In this document: positions 10,843 through 23,000 of the stretch, piece after piece
Layout: every line of letters starts with the position of its first letter
Position numbering within the stretch: the stretch's first letter is position 1
Assembly: GCF_009834535.1 (NCBI RefSeq)
Contig: NC_045697.1
Location: forward strand, 40,116,001-40,180,000
Length of the DNA stretch: 64,000 bases
DNA from: Camelus ferus
Lineage: Eukaryota
Direction: 5' to 3'
Made by a program: the position numbers and the translations under genes
The notes under the pieces: model-generated
The model's input: the letters and a program-made list of their open reading frames with translations, nothing else
Database searches by the model: none
Told to the model about the DNA's origin: nothing

Positions 10843-13800
10843 AGTCACTCCCCTTTTCAGGGCCTTCACACCACCTGTGGGTGTCTCTAGAACCTCTCCT
10901 GTGAGCATCCCACTATCTGCTTTATCTCTGCTTGAATGTCTAAAAGGCACATGTCCTAAACCGAGCTTCCTGATCTTGTCCTGAAATCAGAGTTTCTAGG
11001 AGAGATTATTCAGCTCTCAGTATTGCTGGTGGTTTGCATAAGGGGACAACTAAGAATTAATCATTAATATACTATGAATCACTTAATTGGCCCTACTTTA
11101 AAAGGGTGGATTTTATGGTCAGTGAATTATATTTTAATCAGAAAAGTCATTGGCTACGTCACTTTGGCAGTTACCTAATATTCTCAAGAATAGTTTTGGT
11201 GTAAGGGCAAGGTGGGATGAACCTGACTGGAGCGGTTTTAAGAGGGAATAGTGGGGAGAGGGCAGTGGACAGGCGCTGTGGGTTTGTTTTTTGTTTTTTT
11301 TTTTTTTTAGGAAAAAATATGACTCCAAGGGGCTGTTAGAATTTCGGGCTTATATACCATCTTAATAGTAGGGGAGGGGGAGAAGGGAGAAGAATTACAG
11401 AATTTTATATTTAGTAGAGAAGGAAAAATTGATGCAGGGGAGAAAAAGTGAGGGGTGGTAGAAAATACTGGGTTGGTATCCTTGAGTAAGCAAGAGGGAA
11501 TAAAAAGCAGAGTGTAAGTAGAAGGTTAACTTTGGTAGGAACAGAAGAAGTCCTAGGGGAGTTGGCCTCTGATGAGCAGAGGGAGTGGGCTGGAAAGATA
11601 GATGGATAAAAGATGGAAAAGTTAGGTGGCTGAGAAGATTGTGTCTTTATTCACAATGCCAAGGTTGGGAGCATGCTTGGCTGAGATAGTAGGGAGGGTA
11701 AGGTCTTTACAGGAGAGAAGTCCAAGGGGCTGGAAACCAAGGACAAAGGTCTTCAATTAGGATTTTGAAGTTCACTGTAGCTGCCCAAATCCTAAACTTT
11801 ACAACTGTGTATGACAGTGTAAATCCATTGATGCCTCTTGGAAAGCAGTTCACAGTTGGATGCTTAATCGAATGTGGGTCTGTAGCATTTTTTAAAAATC
11901 ACAGCGCATTACATTATTGCCTAATGAAGACCCCAAGAGGGAGATGTGGTTTGTCAACCATGAGACTCTTTGTTCATGGGTCTCAGTTTTTAACCAAAGC
12001 TCACCCTCTCCTCTGTACCCCTTGTATGTCTCACAGGCACCCAAAACTTACCCTGTCAGAACTGAGCCCTTGAACTTTTGATGTCCTATCTGTCATTACC
12101 CAAGCCTGTCCCTTTGTCCAAGCACGTCTCACCTGGCTTTCTGCAGTGACCTCCTAACTGGCCTCTGCTTTCACACTTACCACACAGCAGCCGGAGTGGT
12201 TTTTCAAAAACAGAATTAAGATCATGAGCCTTTCCTCCTTAAAAGGTCTCAGTGGCTTCTTGCTGACTGTACAGACCTTCCACGATGGGGCTTCTTCCTC
12301 TGTGTCTGGCCGACCTGTCCTTCGTGCCACATGCCCCAGATCTCTCTGCTGCGATGTGGTGGGGACCTAGAGTGCCAGACTCGGATTGTTCCCTTGGCCT
12401 GAAGACTTCAGCCATCTGACCCCAGCTGTAGAGTCCTGAGCAGCCTGTGGACCTGAATATAGTGTTAACACCAGATGCTTCAGAGTGATCTGTCAAAGCA
12501 GAGACGATGTGAAAACCTGTTGATCGACAGGAGTTTTTAAATGCCAGGGATAACTTATAGAAGTTAAAATTCAGATTTTGAGTCTCTTTTCTAACAATAT
12601 TCAAAACTTTCCTGCTTCTGTTTCTGTTTGTTCACAAGTTGTGGCAGTCACCTGACGGTGCCCTGGGAACCTGAACTCCTCGTCAGGATCTTGGCATTGC
12701 AGTAAGTAGCTGAAGGACATGTGCTTACACAGCATCTCCTCATGGCTACGAGGCAGAGTGCATTCTCTGTTTGCTATTATTATCCATAGGGGGAAAAAAC
12801 ATAAGAGGAAGGCCTCAACTCTTGACTTCAGGCTCTGGCTTCTGCCAGCTGGTGCAGTACTTACAGCTGTGGGCAGGTGTCTGGCTGGGGACTTCAGAAC
12901 TGACCTTTGTACTTTATTACCTACGTGCTGTTTCCATTATATTATGCGCTGTTTGTAGTAGACTATACGATTAAGAGTATGGTAAAGGGTAAAATAGAGA
13001 AGAGTGGTAATTTCAATGCAAATTATCATTTTTGTAATAGATATACCAGCATCTATGGAAGGCAGTTGTTCAGACTTTTCAGAAAAGTGAAAATGTGGCC
13101 TCACTAGTTAGGAGGCAACAGGAAGGAAAGGTGGCATGGGAGACCACCAGCAAAGGGATAGCTGGAAAGGGGGGAAAGAATCTTCAAAGCCCCTCAGTCA
13201 CGTTTGGATGGACTATTCCACATGGCGAGAAGATAATCAGGCCAGTTAACAGAGTAGGCTGGGTTCAGGTAAGTTGTGGAACCATCTGGATGCTTCTTTT
13301 ATCTAGGGACTCAGAGTCTTTCCGTGGGTCCAGGACACAGAAAGTGACCCAGCAGGTGCTCTGGAAGCAAGGAAGCAGCAACAAGGTGGGAAGTTGGCTT
13401 TTGGGAAATCTAGGTATAGTTTAGTTATTTTTCAATATAGAAAGAAGATAATACTAATCCAATAGGAGCAACACATCTGCTCAGAACGTTTTGACCATAG
13501 GGGGAGATTAATGTTTACTTGGAGGCAGTTACTTTTAGTGACTCATCTAAACCAGGATACTGTATTAACTGGAGATTGCATACTTTGAGGTAAATATAGT
13601 GCTGAGATATTGTATTTTCTTTATTTTGTAATCATTACTGTATGTTTTCTGTTTCATCATAGAGTAACATATTGTTCCGTATTGGTGTTAGAAATAATTT
13701 TTTTTGGTGTGAGGTGCTTCCGTTGAATGCTGTACCTCAGTTATGCCTGTCTCATGTTTTGATTTGTGACATATGAATTACTGAAGCTCTGCTGACTCCC

Positions 13801-14479
13801 TGAGGAAGATTATCAGAATCTAGTGAGGAACCAAGCACTCCCTAGGCAATATGAATTATAAACTTAACCCTATCACAGTGAAGGCAAACTCAGTATCCAC
13901 ACTCTTTTGAAACTGTGATTGCATTGATAAGTTTTAGCTCTCTGTCTTGGATGGTTGGATGGGCAGAGATGATCTTTCTTGGATGCTTTAGTTCCAGTGG
14001 GTGCCTTTTATCGGCAGCAAATCTCACAAAAATCTTGTACAAATGTCTATCTTGAGCTAATGACCTATGTAAATTCAAGTGGTATGTTATTTGATTCTCT
14101 TGATGAGTCTTGGGAGAGGGTTAGAAAGTGTCCTAAGTGCCTGAACGTCAAATGGTGATGGTGACAGAAGTGGTCGCTGGTGTCAGAACTGGCATAGTTT
14201 GGCTTTTGAAGACATGGAGATGGTTTAAGATGTTTATGAAGTCAAGATGTAAGGTTACAGATTACTCGTTCCTTGAGCCTTCTCTTTCACTGCTGTAAGA
14301 GAGTAGAATTTTAGCTAATTGTTACTGTTCGTTGTGGTCACAGATTAAAACCAAGCTATTTACTTTTAATTTCTTGGGTGCCAGTCCTAAGTGGCTGCCT
14401 ACTTTTAAGTGGTTTCCTACTTTTGCAGTTTTCAGAATTGAATAGCGTTTTGAGTGTGATAATAGTAGAGCCATTTGGG

Positions 14480-15560
14480 GGAATAGAAACACTTACTCAC
14501 AGATTATTTTGGTTTCTGGCGGTTCTACTATGATACGCTCAGGTGTGGTTTTCTTGTGTGTATCCTATCCTGCTTTGGTATACTTAGGGCTTCTTCAATC
14601 TGTGTTTGTCAGTTTTGGAAAATGCTCGGCCAGTATTTCTTCAGATACTGATTCTGCTCCATTTTTTTCTCTCTCCCAGCTCTCCAGTTCCATGTATGCT
14701 AGACCTTTTTCATCACATCTTATTTGTTTCTTAGGTCTTTCATGTAGTAGAAAAGCCTACTTTTTCATTTTTTCAGTCTGGAGTTGTTTTGTTTTTGTGT
14801 CTTTTCCATGTGATTATTTTCATACCCTTTTCAATCTGGATGTTTTTTACATACAGTCTGCCAGTTCACTAATTCTCTTACCTATTCTGTATCTGAACTG
14901 CTGTTAAACCCATCTGTTAATTTAAAAAAAAAATGTAGATTCTGGTTCTTTGGTGATAGTCTGTATTTTCATTTACTTTTTAAGACATATTACTCAGTTA
15001 ATTTTAAAGTCAGTATCTGATGACTAGTCTGCATTATCTGTGGGTCTATTTCTGTTTTCTTGTTTTGGAACATTAGGTCTTATTTTCTGGCGTGCTTAGT
15101 AATTTTTTATTGAAAATTTGCATGATGATAACTTTCAGAGTGGATTTAAGTTTCTTCTAGCAAAGTATGAATGGATCACTTTGGAGTAGAGCCAAGTCTG
15201 TTTTGGTTTGCCCATATTGCTGGGGCATAGTCCTTCTGGGATCTCAAAAGCTTGAGGTTTCCAACTGGGCTCGCAGCTCCAAATTTTGTCTCCCTGGTCG
15301 TGGTCGGCTGATTAGATATTTCCTCTGTTTTTTAGCCTCTAGCAGTTTCTTTCTGCCTGGTTTTTCTGCATTTTGCCCCATTGTGCAATTTGCCTTGAGA
15401 AGAATCTTGGGCACAAATGCTGGGTTTACCTACATCTTCCCTCTTTTCCAGGATTTTGGCTGCTCAAGTCCTGGCTGCTTTGGTTGCTTTCATCAGAGAG
15501 CACTCTTCAAAGAGTTGCATCTTATATTTTATCTTCTTCTAGAGTTAATTGTTCTTAGGA
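14480..15560 (-). mobile_element. Ancient L1M fragment (ORF1-side)
   Basis: Degenerate L1 motifs such as cagttttggaaaatgctcggccagtatttcttcagata. Confidence 0.55.
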
Positions 15561-16479
15561 GGATGATTGTTTTGGACCATAGCCAGAGAAAAGGTTCTTC
15601 AGGGATTACTTTGATTTTCAAAAAACTAAAACTAGGTTCATGGAAGGTTCATGTTTCAAACCTATTTCACAAGCTGTTAAGTTCACCTTAAAGTCTTACT
15701 CTAAATCCTTTAAAGGAACCTTTTGTAACTTGTTTAATGAAATAGTTTAAACTTTCTTTACAAATTAATACTCACCTTTTGTTTTTAAATTCTTTAACTG
15801 CTTAACCACTGGTTTGATTTTCTTAATCATTTTAATACATAATTCTAAACCTTCCTAGAATTTAAATACGTTTGCCCACTAAGGAAATGATTTTTGTCAT
15901 TCCGAACAGTTTTGGAGTTTAACTTCCTAGCTGCTTGAAGGAGCATAACAACCAGGGATGTAAAGTCTGGAGCTTTAAATTCAAAGAAATTTCCCTTGTC
16001 TGTGACCGACCGCCTGCCCAACTCCCTTTTTGTAATAACTGTCATAGACTCAAACAAAAACGGGGTAATGATGATCATGCAGTCTTTCCCCGATCTTGAG
16101 TCGTATCATGATAAACTTTTCAAGTCAGGCAGATCTAACACCTACTTGTCTTTTTCCTGCTTCACGAGTTTTGAGTAATTTTCATACTCTATTTACTTAT
16201 ATGTTTAATTGACATCTAATTGGCGTTTATGTATTCTGAGTTGTGTCTGTCTCCCTTACGTAGGTTCCAAGGTTGTTCTTATTGTCGTGATATGGCCTGT
16301 TCATTGAAAATGGAGCTGTTTATTGCACTGCAGTTTAAAATAGACTTGTTTTTAAGTTTTTAATATATTTTATTGAATCCATTTGTATCCAAAATATTTT
16401 TGCTTAAACATGTAATCAATATGAAAATAACTAATGAGGGATTTTACATTAAAGTTTTTGATGTCTATTTAAAATTTTT

Positions 16480-16758
16480 TAAAAACTGAAATATAATTGA
16501 CATGTTAAAACTATGTTAGTTCCAACTGTACAACATAATGATTTAGTATTTGTATATATTGTGAAATGATCACCACAGTGAGTCTAGTTAACTTCATAAC
16601 TCACATTATACACAGAAGTCACAAGTTTTTTCTTCTTATGGTGAGGACTTTTAAGATCTGTTAGCAACTTTCAGATACACAATACAATATTATTAGCTGT
16701 AGTCGCCATGTGTACATTAAATCCCCAGGACTTATTTATTTTACAACTGGAAGTTTGT
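16480..16758 (-). mobile_element. L1MA-type 3'-end fragment just upstream of ABCG2 exon 2
   Basis: gaaatataattgacat...tgtacaacataatgattt...tccccaggacttatttattttacaactggaagtttg; similar copy at 22830-23075. Confidence 0.7.
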
Positions 16759-16868
16759 TCCAGAACAGACTTGTTTTACGTGCCATTAACTACTATTTAC
16801 AATCTCATTTACCTGGACTGTCAACTTGCTGTTGCTTTTCCCTCTACAGAAAGGCAGAAACGCTCCAG

Positions 16869-17071
16869 ATGTCTTCCGGTAGATACCAAGTTTCTATCCC
16901 AATGTCAAAAATAAACACCAATGGCCTCCCGGGGACCACCTCCAATGACCTGAAGACGTTTACTGGAGGAGCTGTGTTAAGTTTTCATAACATCTGCTAT
17001 CGCGTAAAACTGAAGAGTGGCTTTCTATGTTGTCGGAAAACTGTTGAGAAAGAAATACTAACGAATATCAA
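16869..17071 (+). CDS. ABCG2: ABCG2 exon 2, coding part (exon starts 16850 after ctctacag)
   Basis: [19 protein letters not shown]...[32 protein letters not shown]; donor AA|gtacgt. Confidence 0.96.
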
Positions 17072-20000
17072 GTACGTGCATGAACTTTTATTTAAATAGA
17101 TTCATTGACGTGCAGTGAACTTTGCAGGTTTTACTTATTGGAAATAAAAGTGTGCAAGTCTGTTCAGATGTACAGATACATGCTTTCATTTCTTTGGCTA
17201 AGCTAGCAGTGAGGTGGTTGGATCACATGTTAGATACATGTAAATATAAGATGGCTATAGCTTAGCATAAGTTTTGCAGTTGAAGTCCAAAGTGATAAGA
17301 GAATTTACGCTGCAAATTAATACATGTAATTATATTTTAGAATCCGAGTTAATGCAAAACTCTAATTTCTACTCTGAATTCTCTGTATTGAGCAATGAAT
17401 TTATCACATGGTGGTAGAGTGGGCAGTAGAGTGGAGGGAGAAATGAACAGTCATATTGGATTTACTCGGTCCTAGGTATCTGTGTTTCATATATTATATA
17501 ACCTTTAGGGTTTTAATGTTTTTCTGATTTCTAGAGAATTGAGCTTTATTCTTCCTGTCTGTGGAGTGGTGAGTGAATCTAGGTTTGCTTAGACAGCATA
17601 GGCCTATGTGTTTTGTTAATTTTGTGTGTGTGTGATAGGGGAAGTAATTATCCCTAGACAAAAGCAGGCAACTTTTCTGGCTTTCCAGGACCGGAGGAGT
17701 GAGGTTTTATAAGAGCCCTCTGGCCAGATATTTCCACAAACCTATATGGAATCGGATGTTTCTTGTGTTTTCTAGGTGGGTTATATGGGACTGTGGTCTT
17801 TTCTGTTACTAGCAGCCAAGTGCTTCCAGAGGTCTAGGAAATGACAAATGGAGAAAGTTTTTGGAGGTGGGTGGGGAAGAAAGGATGGGGATCCGAGACT
17901 GATTGGGGTGCCATGAGGCCAGGTACTATGTCGGATTAGCTAGAACTCTCTCCACACAGTAGTACAGACTGTCATGCCTACTTCCCTGAAGCTTTCTCAT
18001 GGTAGTTAAGAAATCCTGAATATGAGGATAAGGAGAGGTATGGTGGATTAAAAGCTTTCATCTTTTGCTACGTGCCTAAACTAGAATCAACTGATCTTTC
18101 TGAAAAGCTGATGAGTTTTTTCTGAAGCATAATAATCAAGAAAAATGTGGATCACTTCAGATTTTGTGCTGATAAAAAATGGTTTGAATATGTGCAGACT
18201 GAATAAATGTAAAATATATACTGCTTGAGGGTACATTTATCTTACTTATGTTTTAAAGCTAGTAGATCAGTAACTTGATACACTAAAAATGTCATCTGCT
18301 CAAGGCTTCATCATATTTTTATGGTTCAGTGGTATACATTTCAGCAACAGATGGGTTCATGCTTACATGCATTCCTAGGTTCATAAAAACTCAGTCAGAT
18401 CTTGTAATCCTTTTCAAATTTTACAACTGAAAGGATACCAGGGGTTGTTTTTCTTGCTCACTCACATTTCTGGTTTAGGCAGTAATGTTTCCTATCTTTC
18501 TCCTATCTGCTGGCTTCAACTAAGTAGAGTTTCTGTGATGGGGGAAAGGGTGCTCTCATTTATCTTATTATTTTTTTTCATTTATTTTATTTTCGATTCA
18601 TGTTTGATAGCACCATCACCATTCAAAATCGTACCTCTATTCCAAGAAAGCTGATGAGTGCCTTGATTTTTTGTCTTTCCTTTGGACATTTTGTAATGTC
18701 ATTTGTAGAATGAATGTAGAATCTCATTTCCATCTGTGAGGGAGGAAGCGAAAACAAATCTGGCTATGAGAAGTCAAAAAGGTGAGATTCTGCTCCCTTA
18801 TAAAAAAAATACTCCCTGTTAGTACCTCAGTTTGTCTCCAGACCCAACATTTGAGCTTTTGCTCACCAAAGCTGAAGATTTATAGAAAGAATGATCCATT
18901 CTAGTAGATGTGTGAGTGCCTTATAATCTTCAGAGAAATGCATTATACTGTTTGGGGATTTTTTTTAATTAATGATTTATTTTGAGATCATTTCAAAGGT
19001 AAACCTTGCGGGAACACAACCCTTTCACTCAGATTCCCTGCCTGTCAGCATTTCAATGCATTTGCTTGTCACTTTGCGTTCTTTATGTACCCATTGTCAT
19101 TAATATTTTTCTGAACCATTTGAGAACAAGCTGTCCCTTTGATGCTCTGTTATCACTAACTCCTCCAGTGTATATTTTCAAGATACAGGGGTCTTTTCTT
19201 ATATAAGCACTCAGTTACTGTCTGGGAGCAGCCCAGGGGAAGTGTAGCCGCATAAAGAGTGCAGTGGTGGGTCCTACAGGGCTGTCCTTCCTGTGGTTGA
19301 CTGACCACCACATCATCAGTCTCATCCAAGCTGGTATTTTTCTGTCCCACCCCTTAATCTTGATCACCTGGTCATGTTGGTGTCTCCCAGGCTTCTTTAC
19401 CATGTCAGCATTTTCCCCTTTGTAACTGTTAAATTTTGTGAGGAGCGATATGCTGACATTATTCCAAAATCCTATTTCTCATTAAACTTTTAACCCACCA
19501 GCTCTAGCTCCCATTGATGACTCCCACCTGGATCAGCAGTAACAATCTGATCTGATAGTCAGTTATTTGATATTTACCCAAAGGTGATTTTCTTTTTTTT
19601 ATCCATCTCTTCTATATTATTAGTTTGCATTCTAATAAAAGGAAAAAGCTTCATCATGTCTTCATTCCTTTAGTTATGTCAGTATAGTTCCGTGGGTTTG
19701 TGTTTTATTCAGCCGTGTTCAATAGTAGTGCATTATGGTCATTGTTCATTGTGATACTCCTAATTGTTCCTGGTGGGGTCAGCGCGAGGCTTTCAAGGTA
19801 GATTCTGTGTTTTGTTTTGTTCTTTGACTTGTTCTTTTGGCATATCCTCTCATTATTTTCCTGTAAGTAACTGTCCTTTATAGAAATGTTGAGACGCATT
19901 TATTCAACAAGTTTTGAATGTCTACTAGGTTGTGTGACATTGTGTGAGGTGCTAGTGACAAGGATATGTCCTCTGTCCTCAGACACTTTCTATTTTAATG

Positions 20001-23000
20001 GAGGAGTCAGGCGGCTAGAACACCTCACTGTGTCATTCTACACATAGAGGGATTAGGAGACATTATGGATGTTCCTAACCCTAAACCAGAGGTTCAGGAG
20101 TGTGCAGAGAAAGTGAAGATTATGTGTGTGCATACACATGTGCATGTGTGCATGTGTAGGGCAAGTTAGGGTTTGGTTGGGGGAGCCACACTCCAAGCAG
20201 GGGTAATGGCATTGACTACTCTTTCATAAACTGAGACCGAAGGATTAGCCACTAAAATGTAATACATGTGGTGTGTGAATCCTTTACCTAGGTTTCATTT
20301 CATGTATTTCATACCCATTGTAGACCACTGTGCTCCATGCTGTTGGGGTGAGGTGGGGGGAAGACACGATGACATAGTTCTTGTTGGCAAGGTTTTACAG
20401 TATAGTGGGGGAGATGTTCCTGCGTGTACATGCTGTAAAGCAGTAAATAAGGGTGGGGAAGTGGTTTTGAGGGGTGCTAGGAGGGCAGAGGGTAGGATGG
20501 GGAAACAAGAGAATTGTAGACCATAGACTAGAACAGGAGTCAGCAGTCTTTTTCTGTAAAGGGCCTGATAGCAAATATCTTCAGCTTCATGGGTCTTCCA
20601 TCTGTATTGCAGCTGCTCATCTCTGTCATTGTAGCACGAACCAGCCATAGACAACATCTACACCAATGAGTATAGCTCTGTTCCAGTAACACTCTGTTTA
20701 TCAAAACAGAAAACAGGTGAGCAGCTGTAGTTTGCTGATCCCTGGACTAGAATGTCAATTCCAGGAGGGCTAGGACTTTGTTTTAGTCTCAGTTCTGTGC
20801 CATGTCTTAGAAGGGTGCCTTCTTATACATAATAGACACTGGATAACTGTGTTGAATGAATGGAAGGAGAATTAGCCACTGCTCCAAACTGGAACTGTGA
20901 TTGTACCTTATTGCTGCTTTCTGTAATGCTAGGGCTTAGTGCCAAGGTAAGCCCAACTCAGCGACCTATAAAATTCTTTGACTTAGAACATTTACATTCA
21001 GTTTTGGATTAAGCATTTTGGATTGCTTGGTCTTGATTTGAGGAGATATTTTTAAAACCTGGAAAGGGTTTCTGACAACAAAGTCTTAGTGAGTAACAAG
21101 CTTATTTCTCGTTATCTTAGAAGCTGTTACTAGGTAGCTATTAATAAAGAAGGTACATCACGAGCTATCGATGACATGACATTGTAAACTGACTATACTT
21201 CAGTAAAAAAGAAAAAAAAGAGCTATCGGTAAATGCATATTGAAAGTGCGCCCAATTATTAGCATGTCTTTTTTACAACCATGGGGAAAGATCACCGAAA
21301 AGAGTAAGAGATTATTGTGTTTTACAGCTTGCTGCTGGTGTACCTAACTCACTTATCTGTCTGGTGTTTCAGTGAGAGGCACCTCAGCTCACGAGCAGAG
21401 TGAAAGGTGCATTTCACCCTAGCACCAGCCACTTCACAGTTGGGACGGTGGGTGCAGGCACAGTGGTCAGTTGATGCTGAGGTCCTCCTGGGAGGAGGCA
21501 CTGGAGTCCATTTTAAAGTTTGTCACTCACGACAGTTCTGTTATCACAGAATTGGCTTTTGTGAAAAACAATATTTGGGAATGAAATAGCCTTTGTCTTT
21601 GGACTTACTATGTTTGGATTAGATACTGTTTTGTCTGTGGAATAAATTTTATCTTACCCACAAGTTACAAAGAAAGATTGGACTTAGTCCCCAGGGTTCT
21701 GAAATGGCTTCGCAGTCCTCCATTGAATCATGCCCGGAGAATGCAGAGGCCCTGCCCTTAATCCTCCTTTCTCCAGTCCATCCTCCTTCACCCTTCTGCT
21801 GGCAACCTACAGGATACAATCCAAAATATTTGCCTTCTTCTTGAGTCTCAGCACAGTCAACACTGCCTTAATTTTTTTCTGCCTTCCTGCTCTCTGTCTG
21901 AATAGTCACTGCCCTCAAACATCTGTTTAGTCTGTTTGGAATGTGCTGCGTGTACACCGATGTCTATGTATCTTTAAAGTTGTCCCTTGTAGAAAGTGAC
22001 GCCCACCGCTTCTGAACTGAGAATTTTCCAGTCCACTTCTCTCATAATTTACAAGGAAGAAAATGATATATCTTGATGGTGTTAGGTTTTACTTTTCTAA
22101 TTTGATTAAGAATTTTGTGAGGGTTAAGAATTGGGGATGTTTGCTTTTGAACCCCTGAGGTGCTTTTATTCCAGCCATTGAATTTCTGTTTCAGATGTAT
22201 TGTTTCTTGGTCTGAACTAGATTTGAGCAGTGAGGACACTACTACTGGTGATTCTAAAAGTCCACTGACTCACTGACTGTGTAGGACTTGACTAGGCAGC
22301 AGATGAGGTGACATGAGGATAAGTGTTATCACTCGTTACTCAAGACCTGGTCCGTACCTTACCCCGTGAAAGAGGAGTGCGTGGAGCAGAGATGCTTCGC
22401 CAGAGCATGTTACATCAAGGAACCTTGAGAGCTCTTGTGTCCTGTTCCAAAAAATTTAAATGGTTTAGAGAATAAGTGGAAGGAATTGAGAGGAACCCGA
22501 GTTGTTCTTCTTGTAAGTCCTGACATTTTTTTGTATGCTCGATTTCTGTTAATTGACAATTCGGTTTCTTTTTCCTTTAAGAGTTGATTAGTACTTTTTC
22601 CCCCCCCACCCTCACTGTAAGTTCATCAACCTTCATTGAGGGTATTAAATGCAAATCCTAAATTAAGAGAACTGGTTTTATATTGGGCCAATAACTCGGT
22701 ATATTTCTGCATTTACAGTGGGATCATGAAACCTGGCCTCAACGCCATTCTGGGACCCACAGGGGGAGGCAAATCTTCGTGAGTATAACAGTATAAGCAA
22801 ACTTTTTCTTTACAGTTTTAATGTGTGGTCTTTTAAAATTGAGTTATAGTTGACATACAATATTATGTTAGTTTCAGGTGTGCTACATAATGATTTGACA
22901 CTTACATTCACTATGAAATGATCGCCATGATAAGTCTAGTAACCATCTGTCCCCATACCAAGTTAATTACAATAGGATTGACCATATTCCTCCTGCTGTA

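Noticed and set aside
14509..15691. 132-aa and 174-aa + strand ORFs
   Set aside because: Phe/Leu/Ser-rich translations of the antisense strand of an old L1-like, T-rich region; no recognisable domain or splice structure.
15845..16180. Overlapping short ORFs ~0.8 kb upstream of exon 2 with slightly raised CpG content
   Set aside because: I recognise no homology or splice signals and cannot support a coding or repeat call without a database search.
1..16849. ABCG2 exon 1 and CpG-island promoter
   Set aside because: No CpG-dense segment is visible. The main first exon is probably upstream of the window, and no internal first exon can be proven from sequence alone.
16710..16868. Open frame extending 53 codons upstream of the ABCG2 ATG
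   Set aside because: It starts at a GTG inside an L1 fragment and crosses a strong polypyrimidine/AG acceptor at 16849, so it is intronic sequence that happens to be open.
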